Below, one piece after another: positions 43,394 to 52,460 of a DNA stretch of 64,000 nt; the stretch's first letter is position 1; every line of letters begins with the position of its first letter. The notes beneath the pieces are model-generated. The model was not told where the DNA came from. It was given only the letters and a program-made list of their open reading frames with translations, and made no database searches. A program made the translations under genes and the position numbers. The DNA lies in contig CAXXVS010000002.1 of NCBI GenBank assembly GCA_963674755.2, forward strand, positions 2,176,001-2,240,000. Reading direction: 5' to 3'. This DNA is from Desulfobacterales bacterium. Lineage in GTDB: Bacteria > Desulfobacterota > Desulfobacteria > Desulfobacterales > UBA5852.

Positions 43394-44953
43394 TCATGGG
43401 ACGACTTTGCGGACGGCATCTATCACCGTACCATCAACCCATTTCACAATGGCGACGATCTCCTCATCGAGTTTCGGTTTTTCAGGCTTGCCGCAAATTT
43501 GTTCCGCCATGGCCTTGAGTTCTTCAATGGGTTTGATCGGCAAGGAAGATCCCTTGACGGCATCCATCAGATCTTGTCGCTTGGGATTTATAGCGATGCC
43601 GCGTTCGGTGACGATGACATCGATCATTTCACCAGGGCCGCAGAGGGTTGTTACCTCATCGAGAATCACCGGGATGCGCCCTCTGAAGAGCGGGAGAGGG
43701 AAGATAACGCATTTTGCTGCCAGGCAGTTCTGCCACCCGCCGATGCCGTGCAATAGATATCCGTCGGAATGGGTCACCACATTGCCGTTGAAATTCAAAT
43801 CCACCTCGGTGGCACCCAATATGACGACATCCAGCATGGAAGCAAAGTTGCCTTTGCCATGATAATTATAGCTGGTGAAAGGGCTGGTATCGACGTGGTT
43901 TGTGTTCTCGCGCATGGACCGGACGCCGTCGAGGTCGAAGGTTTGTCCATCCAGGATATACTTGGTCAGGTTACTCTCCAGCATTTCCACCAGGTACTTA
44001 TTGCTGCCGCCCCGAGCAAATGCGCAGGCGAGTCCCTTGCGTTTCAGAATTTCTCCGAAATAGATGCCGATGGACAAGGCGGTTCCGCCGGCGCCGGCTT
44101 GAAAGGAAAAGTGGTCATGAAACAATCCGGCGGCCTCACAGAACTGGGCCGTCATCTCCGCCAGAAGCAGGCGGTCCGGACTTTTCGTGACCTGGGTAGT
44201 GCCGGAAATGATTTTTTCAGGAATTCCAACCTTGTCCACCTTTACGGTATAATCTACGTAGTTTCCTTGAATCTGCCAGGGAATACAGGGAAAGGGAACA
44301 AGGTTGTCTGTCACCACGATAGTTTTATCGGCGTACTGCGCGTCCGCTAATGCGAAGCCCAGAAGGCCGCAGGCCGTCGGCCCGTAAAGCCCGTTGGCAT
44401 TCCCAAAACTATCCGCTGCCGGTGCGGCGATCACCGCGATATCAATATGCAAATCGCCGTCCTGGATCGCCTGGTACCGTCCGCCGTGTGATCTAAGCAC
44501 ACCGGTGCCGCGCATGTGACCCTGAGAGCAAAAACGGCCGAGGTCCCCGTTCATACTGCCTTCGATGTGATGAATAACGCCGCTTTTTAAATGGTCTATG
44601 ATGGGGTTATGGCAGGGAAACGAAGCTGACGGCGCCCAAACCAAATCTTTGAGGCCCAACTGCGCAGCGATCTCAAACACCTGGTTTGCAATGAGATCAC
44701 CATTGCGAAAATGATGATGGGTCGAAATGGTCATTCCATCTTTCAATCCCGCCTTGATCAAGGCCGATTTTAAATCCGGCTGCAATTTGTTTCCATCAGC
44801 CGGATAGTCGGCGCAGGTGGCGATGGGAGGGCCGTATTTGCGCCCCGACGGCCTGTATTTCCCAACTCCTCTGAATGGTTCCAGCGCTTTACCGTTCGCT
44901 ATAACAGGAACCATCCGACCTGCCGTGTTTTGAACACAATTCATATTACTCAT
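43394..44953 (-). CDS. citF: Citrate lyase alpha subunit (CoA/ACP transferase)
   Basis: TISTHHHFRNGD, RSHGGR, FQAGAGG, LGATEVD, VTERGIAINP. Confidence 0.9.
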   Translation of the reverse strand: MSNMNCVQNTAGRMVPVIANGKALEPFRGVGKYRPSGRKYGPPIATCADYPADGNKLQPDLKSALIKAGLKDGMTISTHHHFRNGDLIANQVFEIAAQLGLKDLVWAPSASFPCHNPIIDHLKSGVIHHIEGSMNGDLGRFCSQGHMRGTGVLRSHGGRYQAIQDGDLHIDIAVIAAPAADSFGNANGLYGPTACGLLGFALADAQYADKTIVVTDNLVPFPCIPWQIQGNYVDYTVKVDKVGIPEKIISGTTQVTKSPDRLLLAEMTAQFCEAAGLFHDHFSFQAGAGGTALSIGIYFGEILKRKGLACAFARGGSNKYLVEMLESNLTKYILDGQTFDLDGVRSMRENTNHVDTSPFTSYNYHGKGNFASMLDVVILGATEVDLNFNGNVVTHSDGYLLHGIGGWQNCLAAKCVIFPLPLFRGRIPVILDEVTTLCGPGEMIDVIVTERGIAINPKRQDLMDAVKGSSLPIKPIEELKAMAEQICGKPEKPKLDEEIVAIVKWVDGTVIDAVRKVVP

Positions 44954-46160
44954 GACTTCCTCTCCAATCCTCCGACAGTTTACCCAGTTGAATTGCTGCC
45001 ATAATGGTTCGCTGGGCTTTCTCCACAACGGGCGCATCGATCATTTTGGTGCCGACTGAAACAACCCCTTTACCTTCTCCAAGGGCTTTCTCGAATGCCT
45101 TGGCGATGGTCTTGGACTTCAGGATCTCCTCCTCGTCCGGAGAATACCCATCATGGATGATCCTGATTTGCCGCGGGTGAATACAGCCCATGCCTTCGAA
45201 GCCTAATGTTTTTGAACGCTGAACCGTCTGCTTCAGACCTTCGGTGTCACCCACGTCGGAAAAAACGGAATCGATGGCCTGGAGGTCGTACGCTTTGCAC
45301 ACATTGACCAGATGGCTGCGTGCATAGAGCGATTCAATGGCCTCGGTGGACCGTCTGACGCCAAGATCGGCCGTGTAGTCCTCCAGTCCGATGGCTAAGG
45401 CGACGATATTCTTCCCGGCCGCGGCAATTTTTTCGGCGTTAAGAACCCCTTTGGCGCTCTCGATGATCGGCATGAGGAAAACTTCCTGCTCCGATTTCTC
45501 ACCTGACTTGATCGCCTCGATGCGGTCATTGACTTGTTCGATTTCTGCGCCGGATTCGCATTTGGGAATGAGAATGACGTGCACGTTGTGGGGCACCACC
45601 TGATCGAGGTCCGTCAGCCCCCGTGGAATCTGGTTGATACGCACCATTCGCTCGGCACCGTAAAAGTCGACCTGCCGCAGTGCATTGCGAACCAACAGGC
45701 GGGCTTCATCCTTTTTATCCACCGCCACGGCATCCTCCAGATCCAGAATTACGGCGTGGGGGTGATGAATACCCGCGTTGATCATCATTTTGGGGGTATT
45801 CCCCGGAAGATAAAGACGCGACTGGCGCAACTGCTTGCGGGCCGATCCATACTGGTTGGCCGGCAGTATATCCGGCAAGAAATTGTGCTCAACCGGGAAT
45901 GCCTTCTTGATGCAGGCTTCAATCCTGGCGGCCAGGACAAAATCCAGCGCGCCTGCGTCTTCGATATGGACATCGCCTTTCTCGATACTGAAAAAGTCAA
46001 AGACCTTTCTGGCCGTTGCGGCAATGGCCTTGCCAAAGAGAATATCGACCCGGCTTTCCACGCGGATAGCGAGGTCTTTGTCCGCCTCCGGGTCGAAGGT
46101 TATCAGACAATCACCGCGTACCTTGGTTCCTTTGTTGCCTGCTGTAACCGGATATTTCAA
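44946..46160 (-). CDS. CitD(ACP)-CitE (citryl-CoA lyase) fusion
   Basis: N-terminal ~90 aa CitD-like (IEDAGALDFVLAARIE); C-terminal CitE (LYLPGN, DLEDAV, VRIN, IPK, IESA, CIHPRQ, MIDAPV). Confidence 0.88.
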   Translation of the reverse strand: MKYPVTAGNKGTKVRGDCLITFDPEADKDLAIRVESRVDILFGKAIAATARKVFDFFSIEKGDVHIEDAGALDFVLAARIEACIKKAFPVEHNFLPDILPANQYGSARKQLRQSRLYLPGNTPKMMINAGIHHPHAVILDLEDAVAVDKKDEARLLVRNALRQVDFYGAERMVRINQIPRGLTDLDQVVPHNVHVILIPKCESGAEIEQVNDRIEAIKSGEKSEQEVFLMPIIESAKGVLNAEKIAAAGKNIVALAIGLEDYTADLGVRRSTEAIESLYARSHLVNVCKAYDLQAIDSVFSDVGDTEGLKQTVQRSKTLGFEGMGCIHPRQIRIIHDGYSPDEEEILKSKTIAKAFEKALGEGKGVVSVGTKMIDAPVVEKAQRTIMAAIQLGKLSEDWRGSHE

Positions 46161-46162
46161 TT

Positions 46163-47137
46163 TTAGGCTCCTTTGTTCAATACTGATGCGGTGTGTGAAA
46201 ACACCGCGTCGGGTCGCTGGACGACGGTGATACCGGCATCCTCCAGGACGTTTCGTTTATACGCATAGGATTCTTCTTCATTGCGGATCATGGCTCCCGC
46301 ATGGCTCTGGGCCACGCCGGCTTTCGAGAACTTACCCCCCAGGAACAGCACAATGGGTTTGGTGATCGCCCCGGTCCTCACGGCTGCCGCCAGATCATTT
46401 TCCTGGGTGGTGCCGGTTTCGCCGTAAACGGCCATTACCTTGGTGCGGGGGTCTTTTTGAAAAGCACGTGCGGCATCGAGGAGGGTGACGCCGGGAATGG
46501 GATCCCCGCCGATGCACAGGACGGCACTGACGCCTGGATAGGTCTCGTCCCACAGGGGACCAAAAGATCCATCAGGACGCGGCCCGGATAGATGAGGGCG
46601 GCAATGAAACGCGCCGAAGAGTTGGGACAACCCGCCGGAGCGGGAGATGATGCCGACACAGCCGGGCAGATAGTTTTTCCTGGCCCACTCCGCATTGCCG
46701 CCGATCAGCCCGAACAGATAACCGGTTGTGTCCAGCATGCCCACCGTATTGGGCCCCAGGTAGAGGCTTCCTTTTGCCCGGGCGTATTCCTTGACGACGA
46801 TCTGGTCGTGGATCGGTACGCCGTCGGCCGTGAACACCAGGAATCTAATCCCGGCCTCCATGGCGTCCATGGCCGCCGCCTTAACGGCACCGGCCGGGAC
46901 GTAGGTGACTGCGCAGTTGATCTCGGGAATGGCTGCCACGGCCTCGGCGGCGGAATTGAAAACCGGTACGCCGTCGACCGACTGCCCGCCCTTTCCCGGG
47001 GTACAGCCGGCGAGAATCGGCGTTCCCACCGCTTTCATCGTTCGGCTGGCATTTCTGCCCATCTTGCCGGTGATGCCGAAAACCAGAACGTTTGGGGTTT
47101 CAATATCAGCCAGATGTTTTAGAATTCCGTCCATCAA
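46163..47137 (-). CDS. Succinyl-CoA synthetase alpha-like CoA ligase subunit
   Basis: GITGKMG, TPGKGG, GPNTVG, SRSGG, IGGD, SHAGA (phospho-His). Confidence 0.85.
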   Translation of the reverse strand: MMDGILKHLADIETPNVLVFGITGKMGRNASRTMKAVGTPILAGCTPGKGGQSVDGVPVFNSAAEAVAAIPEINCAVTYVPAGAVKAAAMDAMEAGIRFLVFTADGVPIHDQIVVKEYARAKGSLYLGPNTVGMLDTTGYLFGLIGGNAEWARKNYLPGCVGIISRSGGLSQLFGAFHCRPHLSGPRPDGSFGPLWDETYPGVSAVLCIGGDPIPGVTLLDAARAFQKDPRTKVMAVYGETGTTQENDLAAAVRTGAITKPIVLFLGGKFSKAGVAQSHAGAMIRNEEESYAYKRNVLEDAGITVVQRPDAVFSHTASVLNKGA

Positions 47138-48621
47138 TTCATCTCCGGAATATCGAGCTTTATGCGCAGCTCCCCATTGCCCTCGAGCAGGGATACGGTC
47201 TCACACAAGAGGCAGCCGATGCATCGGGCGTCTTGCGCCGGTTCCACCCATCGTCTATCCGGATTCCACTTCAGGAACTGCGTCGGACAAATCGTGACGC
47301 ATGGGGGTGGGGTCGGCTGCGTCCATTTCTGCGGATCGAAATAAAATTCACCCGGTGGGAGATCGACGCGGAAAGCGGGTTCTCCGCCGGGTTGATCTTC
47401 CGGCACGACGGTCATCCGTTTTTCCGATGCCATCTGCGCAATATGGTCGATCATGGCACTGGGGAACAGGTGGGCCGGAAAGGTTTTCACCTTAACCGGC
47501 AGACTCGGCATGACCCTTTCCATCAGGGCCTGGGCTTTGTCCTCCTCGGTACCCCCGAACCGCAACAGGGAGGGCAAGGGGGTCGGGCTTTCACGCAGCG
47601 CTTTCCAGACCGCCGCAGCCAGGTGATATTGATTTTGAAACGCCATGCCCGATCCGGTGAGCAGCAGGACTTGAGGGGTATCGAGCGCCAGAATGGCCCG
47701 CAGCAATCGATAACTCTTAAAGGCCGAGAGTCCGCCTGACGTATCGGATTCGTTCGCACTGTAAATATCCTTTCGTCCGCCCACGGCCATCTCCCATAGC
47801 ATCTTGCCGCCGCCCCCGCACAGATTGGTGGCCACGCGGTATGCACCGGCAGGGACCGGCGCGCGATTTTCACGGATGAAACCGGTTCCGGCCGGTTCAA
47901 GGGCGTTGATTTTTTCGACGATGCGCTCGATACGGGTCTGCTCCTCACGACCGGCGTCATGGATAGTGAACAATGGCTTATCGGCTTTGGCGATGGCATG
48001 CCTTTCGAATTCGGCACGGCAATCGATCACCAGCAAGGATCCGTCTTCCCGCACGCCCACGGGGTTGACTTCCAGTACGGTGAGTTTGTAGCGAATAAAG
48101 GTATTGATGATGCCTTCGAGAAAGGTGGCCAGGGCCTCGGGATGATCCAGTTCGGCGAAATGACCGGTGAGCATGTCTGCCGTGGGCGGACGAAGCAGGG
48201 AGAAAGATATTTTCTTCAGGCTTCCGGACCGCTCTTCAACCCCGGATCCGCCCTGGGACGAAAACATGAGGATGCCGCCGGGAAGTTTGTTGGCGCTGCC
48301 AAAGTCCAATATGCAGCCCACATAATACTCGTGACAAAGTTTGGCTGCGGATGTCACCAGCAAGCCTTCAACAGGCCCTTGCGCCTTTGCGGCGAACATC
48401 TCCTCGATATCCGATGCCATTTGAAGGGGATCTTCCACCCGCCGGACGAGTCCCTGGGCGGCCCGGCTGGTCGCACCCGTAATTTGGGCCTTCAGGTAAA
48501 CCGGGGGGGGGAGCCGATCGCGGCCTGGATCGTTTTGCGTATTGAGAAACACGCCGTCCACCAAAGGGACGCCTTGGTTGGCGAGCAGGCGGCGCGTCTT
48601 GTATTCCGGTAGCGCGGTCAT
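47134..48621 (-). CDS. Succinyl-CoA synthetase beta-like ATP-grasp subunit with C-terminal ferredoxin-like domain
   Basis: EY, KAQ, GGSGVE, EVNP, GGGG, N..DTSG, RFGG; C-terminal CVTICP...CIGCLLC. Confidence 0.8.
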   Translation of the reverse strand: MTALPEYKTRRLLANQGVPLVDGVFLNTQNDPGRDRLPPPVYLKAQITGATSRAAQGLVRRVEDPLQMASDIEEMFAAKAQGPVEGLLVTSAAKLCHEYYVGCILDFGSANKLPGGILMFSSQGGSGVEERSGSLKKISFSLLRPPTADMLTGHFAELDHPEALATFLEGIINTFIRYKLTVLEVNPVGVREDGSLLVIDCRAEFERHAIAKADKPLFTIHDAGREEQTRIERIVEKINALEPAGTGFIRENRAPVPAGAYRVATNLCGGGGKMLWEMAVGGRKDIYSANESDTSGGLSAFKSYRLLRAILALDTPQVLLLTGSGMAFQNQYHLAAAVWKALRESPTPLPSLLRFGGTEEDKAQALMERVMPSLPVKVKTFPAHLFPSAMIDHIAQMASEKRMTVVPEDQPGGEPAFRVDLPPGEFYFDPQKWTQPTPPPCVTICPTQFLKWNPDRRWVEPAQDARCIGCLLCETVSLLEGNGELRIKLDIPEMN

Positions 48622-48638
48622 GGTCTGTTCCTTGTGAC

Positions 48639-49778
48639 TTATCTGATGAACGCATTCCCGCTCATGAGCAGGCGAGCTGTCCGGCTAAGTAGAATTTTTT
48701 GAACCACGCCCTCACTGGATATCAAAGTCTCCAAACTCATCGTCCCGCTGGGATGGCCGATCCTGATCTGATAGGTTTCGCCGAGACCGGCGTTTTCGGA
48801 AGTCATGAATTCCGAGGCGATCGTGCCGGGCAGGCAGCACGCCGCCGCGGTAGCGACCGAGCCGGTACCGGGGTAGGCCTTGGAAAACAGTCCTCTGGTG
48901 ATGCTTCTGGAAAACAGGTCGTAACCGTCGGCAGGGATATCGTCTCCATTCAACGTTGCGTAATCACGCGGCGCACCGACGATAAACAGCAACGGATTCA
49001 TCTTGATTCTGAACTCGTCGGAATCCAGAGTGGCATCGATATAGCCCAGGGAGATGGCAATCGAGGCCCGAATCGTCTCCAGTTTTTTTACCAGGGTCCG
49101 GTTTTCCTGAAGCGTGACAATATCCGTCGAATCGTCCATGCCCACATCGGACGCGCGAATAAAGATGCAAAGGTTGGCCAGATCGACGACCGACGCGTCT
49201 ATCTTACCAAGATTGGGCACGTCATAGGTGTCGCATGGGGAGCCGGTCGGCAGAATGCCCCGGCCGAGGATACAGCCGGAGAAATCGCTGAAATCCAGGT
49301 CCAGACGCGCCGCCGTACCCGGGACCCCGCCGATTGAATAGCCGCCATCGATCTTGGGCTGAGAATTCTCCACCGGCACGGTAGCAATCAGGGTCCTGCC
49401 GGTATTCACCTGGTGGATTCTGACCTTGGCGGCTTCGCCTTCGGTGGCGACGTATTTTTTATGCACGGCGTAAAGCGCCGCTCCGGCCGAGATATTGCCG
49501 CAGTTGCTCTTCCAGTCGATAAAGGGCAGGGTGATGTTGACCTGACCGAACAGGTAATCGATATCACAATCGTCCTTTGTCGGCGCGCCCATCACGGCAA
49601 CCTTACTGGTCAATTTGTCGGCCCCGCCGAGACCGTCGATTTGCCTTGCATCCGGGCTGCCAAACAAGGATAGAATTTCACGGTCGAATCGATCTTTTTC
49701 GCTTGGCAACGCTTTTCTATCGATGAAAATACCTTTGCTGGTGCCGCCCCTGATAATATCGCACGGTATCTGCTTCAT
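48639..49778 (-). CDS. prpF: PrpF-family isomerase
   Basis: RGGTSKG, QIDGLGGA, TSK, NCGNIS, HPSG, RTAR. Confidence 0.9.
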   Translation of the reverse strand: MKQIPCDIIRGGTSKGIFIDRKALPSEKDRFDREILSLFGSPDARQIDGLGGADKLTSKVAVMGAPTKDDCDIDYLFGQVNITLPFIDWKSNCGNISAGAALYAVHKKYVATEGEAAKVRIHQVNTGRTLIATVPVENSQPKIDGGYSIGGVPGTAARLDLDFSDFSGCILGRGILPTGSPCDTYDVPNLGKIDASVVDLANLCIFIRASDVGMDDSTDIVTLQENRTLVKKLETIRASIAISLGYIDATLDSDEFRIKMNPLLFIVGAPRDYATLNGDDIPADGYDLFSRSITRGLFSKAYPGTGSVATAAACCLPGTIASEFMTSENAGLGETYQIRIGHPSGTMSLETLISSEGVVQKILLSRTARLLMSGNAFIR

Positions 49779-50151
49779 TTTTTTCTCCTTTAATTGATAG
49801 TGTTATTTTCAGATGTCCCACTCGAACATTGCAGAAAAAACTTCCCCGTACTCATTAGGCGACCTTGAAACGGGTGTTGAATGGGATAGTGTGGATCATC
49901 CGGTCGGTAATCCGCTTGAGTTGGCTGAAGTCGGCTAACCCCAGACAGGTATGGTAAAGCCAGTGGTAGTACCAGCTCGGCAGGACAGCCGCCGGACCGA
50001 TAGCAGAATGGCTTTCTTTATTCTCTTCATTTGCCTGTCCTCGAACATCACCTTTCACGGATAACCGGATAAATACTTTTTCTTTGGCCTTTTTCGCACC
50101 GCTTGAGGCGTCCGGCCGTATCTATGGTAATTTTGGCTTTTAGCCCTCCTA

Positions 50152-50169
50152 ATTAAAATATCGTGCCAA
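50152..50169 (-). promoter_or_regulatory. Sigma54-like promoter of the prpF-ligase-cit-kor operon
   Basis: TTGGCACGATATTTTAAT, divergent from the sigma54 activator gene. Confidence 0.6.
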
Positions 50170-50391
50170 TTTGCAAACAAATTCTAAATTGTCCATTTTC
50201 TTGATTCCCGATGTTTCGTAATTTGCCTCATATTGCATATCTATTCGAAATAAAGGAGATTTTAGACTTATGAGGAGGAGCCTGACGCGATGAGCAAAGG
50301 CGCATGTTCATCCCTTGATTTGCATTGACACGAAATATAGTTGCATGTATGTTCCACATAATGAAATATATTTGAAACACAGGGGTTGCAC

Positions 50392-52314
50392 ATGCAAAAC
50401 GACATCGTCATTGGAATCATTTCCGCTACCCGGGAATTCATCGAATGTGCATCTTACGTCGCGGATCAAAAGAAAATTAAAATCTTGATTTCGGAAGCCG
50501 GTCTCGAAGCCAGTGTTGAACACGGGCAAAGGATGGAAAAGGAGGGCGTCGATGTGGTCATCGCCTGGCGGGCGGGAGCGGAAATTTTGCGCAAAACACT
50601 CAACATCCCCGTCTTGACCGTTCAATTTACCGCCTATGATTTGATCGCTCACATCAAAGACGCCAAAACGTTGGGCAATAAAATCCTAGTGACCGCCTAT
50701 CGCTCCAAGCCACCGCACCTGGATCTGCTGAGCCAAATATTTGATGTCAAGATCACCGCCTGTATTTACAACAACTCCAAAGAACTCGAAAATTTGATCA
50801 AGCAGGCGAAAACAAACGAATACGATGTGATCATTGGCGGCGGGATTACCCTGAGATTGGCCAATATATATGGACTGAAAAGCGTCGCCTACCGTCCGGC
50901 GGTTGAAAGCATGGAATCCGCTTTCGACGATGCCATCGCGATTGCACGCATCGCCCGGCAAAAGCACCAATGCGAATCCGACTACTCGTCCATCATCGAC
51001 GCATTCAACGAGGGGGTCGTTTCAATCAACGATAACGGTGTGGTGTCTTCCATCAATCAATTCGCCCTCAAAGCGCTGAACCTGGAAGTCGGCGATGTCG
51101 TTGGCAAAAATTTCCGGTCGATTTTCCAAAGTTCATCCATTGACACAGTCCTTGCCACCGGCAACGCATTGTGGGGAACCATCGAGGTGATCAACAACAA
51201 CAAATTCATTACGAATTATGTGCCGTTGATCAACCAGCAACAACCCATTGGCGTTGTTTTGATGTTCAAGGACATTTCCACCCTGATTAAAGAGGAAAAC
51301 CAAGTCAGACGCTCGCTGATCCGCAAGCACCGGGCCAAATACAAGATCGCGGATTTCATCCATAAATGCGATCTCATGAAGCGCATGATAAAAAAAGTCA
51401 AAACGTTTTCGAAAACCGATGCCACCGTTTTAATCAGTGGAGAAACCGGAACCGGAAAGGAAATCATCGCACATTCGATCCATCAACTCAGCAACCGTAA
51501 AAAAGGATCCTTTATTTCCATTAATTGTGCTGCCATTCCGGACAATCTGTTGGAGAGCGAATTGTTCGGGCACGAGCAGGGCGCGTTCACTGGATCCAAA
51601 AAAGGGGGGAAAATCGGATTGTTCGAATTGGCCCACAATGGGACCATCTTCCTGGATGAAATTGGATCGATGCCGGTCGGTTTGCAGAGCAGTCTGCTCA
51701 GGGTGTTGCAGGAGAGGGAAGTGATGCGCATCGGCGGAGAGCGGCTGATTCCCATCGATGTGCGTGTTATCGCCGCGGCCAACCAAAATATTCCCAAGGC
51801 GGTCAAAGAGGGTGCCTTCAGGGAAGACCTTTATTTCAGGCTCAGCGTACTGACGGTTTTTATTCCACCGCTTAGGGAGCGATTGGCGGACCTGGATTTA
51901 ATCGTCGACTTTTTAATTGAAAAATATTCCAGACAATTTAGGACATCGCCATTCAAGGTGCCGGTACTTTTCATTGAGCGCCTCAAACGAATGCAATGGC
52001 CGGGCAATATCCGCCAACTTCAAAATTTCATCGAAAAGATGGTTATCCTATCGGAGGGGAATTTCTCATCCGATGTGTTCGATGACATTTACCAGGAGTT
52101 GGAGTACTATTCGGTTTGCGAAGGCCAGGAAGATGATAAACTGATTTCAGTGACGCCTGACACAGTCGCCAACAAAATAATAGACGATGAAGCCAGAACC
52201 ATTTTGGATGCCTTGGAGAAATCCAAACTGAACAAGAAAAAGGCCGCCGATTACCTCGGCATCAGCAGGACCACACTCTGGCGTAAGATGCGGACTCTGA
52301 AAATAAAAATCTAA
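50392..52314 (+). CDS. PrpR-like sigma54-dependent activator (PrpR_N, PAS, AAA+, Fis HTH)
   Basis: GETGTGKE, ESELFG, GAFTGS, FLDEIG, WPGNIRQL, LGISRTTLWRK. Confidence 0.92.
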   Translation: MQNDIVIGIISATREFIECASYVADQKKIKILISEAGLEASVEHGQRMEKEGVDVVIAWRAGAEILRKTLNIPVLTVQFTAYDLIAHIKDAKTLGNKILVTAYRSKPPHLDLLSQIFDVKITACIYNNSKELENLIKQAKTNEYDVIIGGGITLRLANIYGLKSVAYRPAVESMESAFDDAIAIARIARQKHQCESDYSSIIDAFNEGVVSINDNGVVSSINQFALKALNLEVGDVVGKNFRSIFQSSSIDTVLATGNALWGTIEVINNNKFITNYVPLINQQQPIGVVLMFKDISTLIKEENQVRRSLIRKHRAKYKIADFIHKCDLMKRMIKKVKTFSKTDATVLISGETGTGKEIIAHSIHQLSNRKKGSFISINCAAIPDNLLESELFGHEQGAFTGSKKGGKIGLFELAHNGTIFLDEIGSMPVGLQSSLLRVLQEREVMRIGGERLIPIDVRVIAAANQNIPKAVKEGAFREDLYFRLSVLTVFIPPLRERLADLDLIVDFLIEKYSRQFRTSPFKVPVLFIERLKRMQWPGNIRQLQNFIEKMVILSEGNFSSDVFDDIYQELEYYSVCEGQEDDKLISVTPDTVANKIIDDEARTILDALEKSKLNKKKAADYLGISRTTLWRKMRTLKIKI

Positions 52315-52460
52315 TCGGCGTCCATCAGGAAGCTTAACTTATTGGTAATTTTGATATTCTGTCAATGTGCCATCAACGTCTGATAAAATATCTTTCGTCG
52401 TGTAAAGGGTACAAACAGAAAGCTTCGGCAATGAAGGCCATCGAATCTATCAAAAATTTG

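Noticed and set aside
49855..50058. 67-aa ORF in the prpF leader, possibly a transposase fragment
   Set aside because: No family can be assigned from the sequence alone
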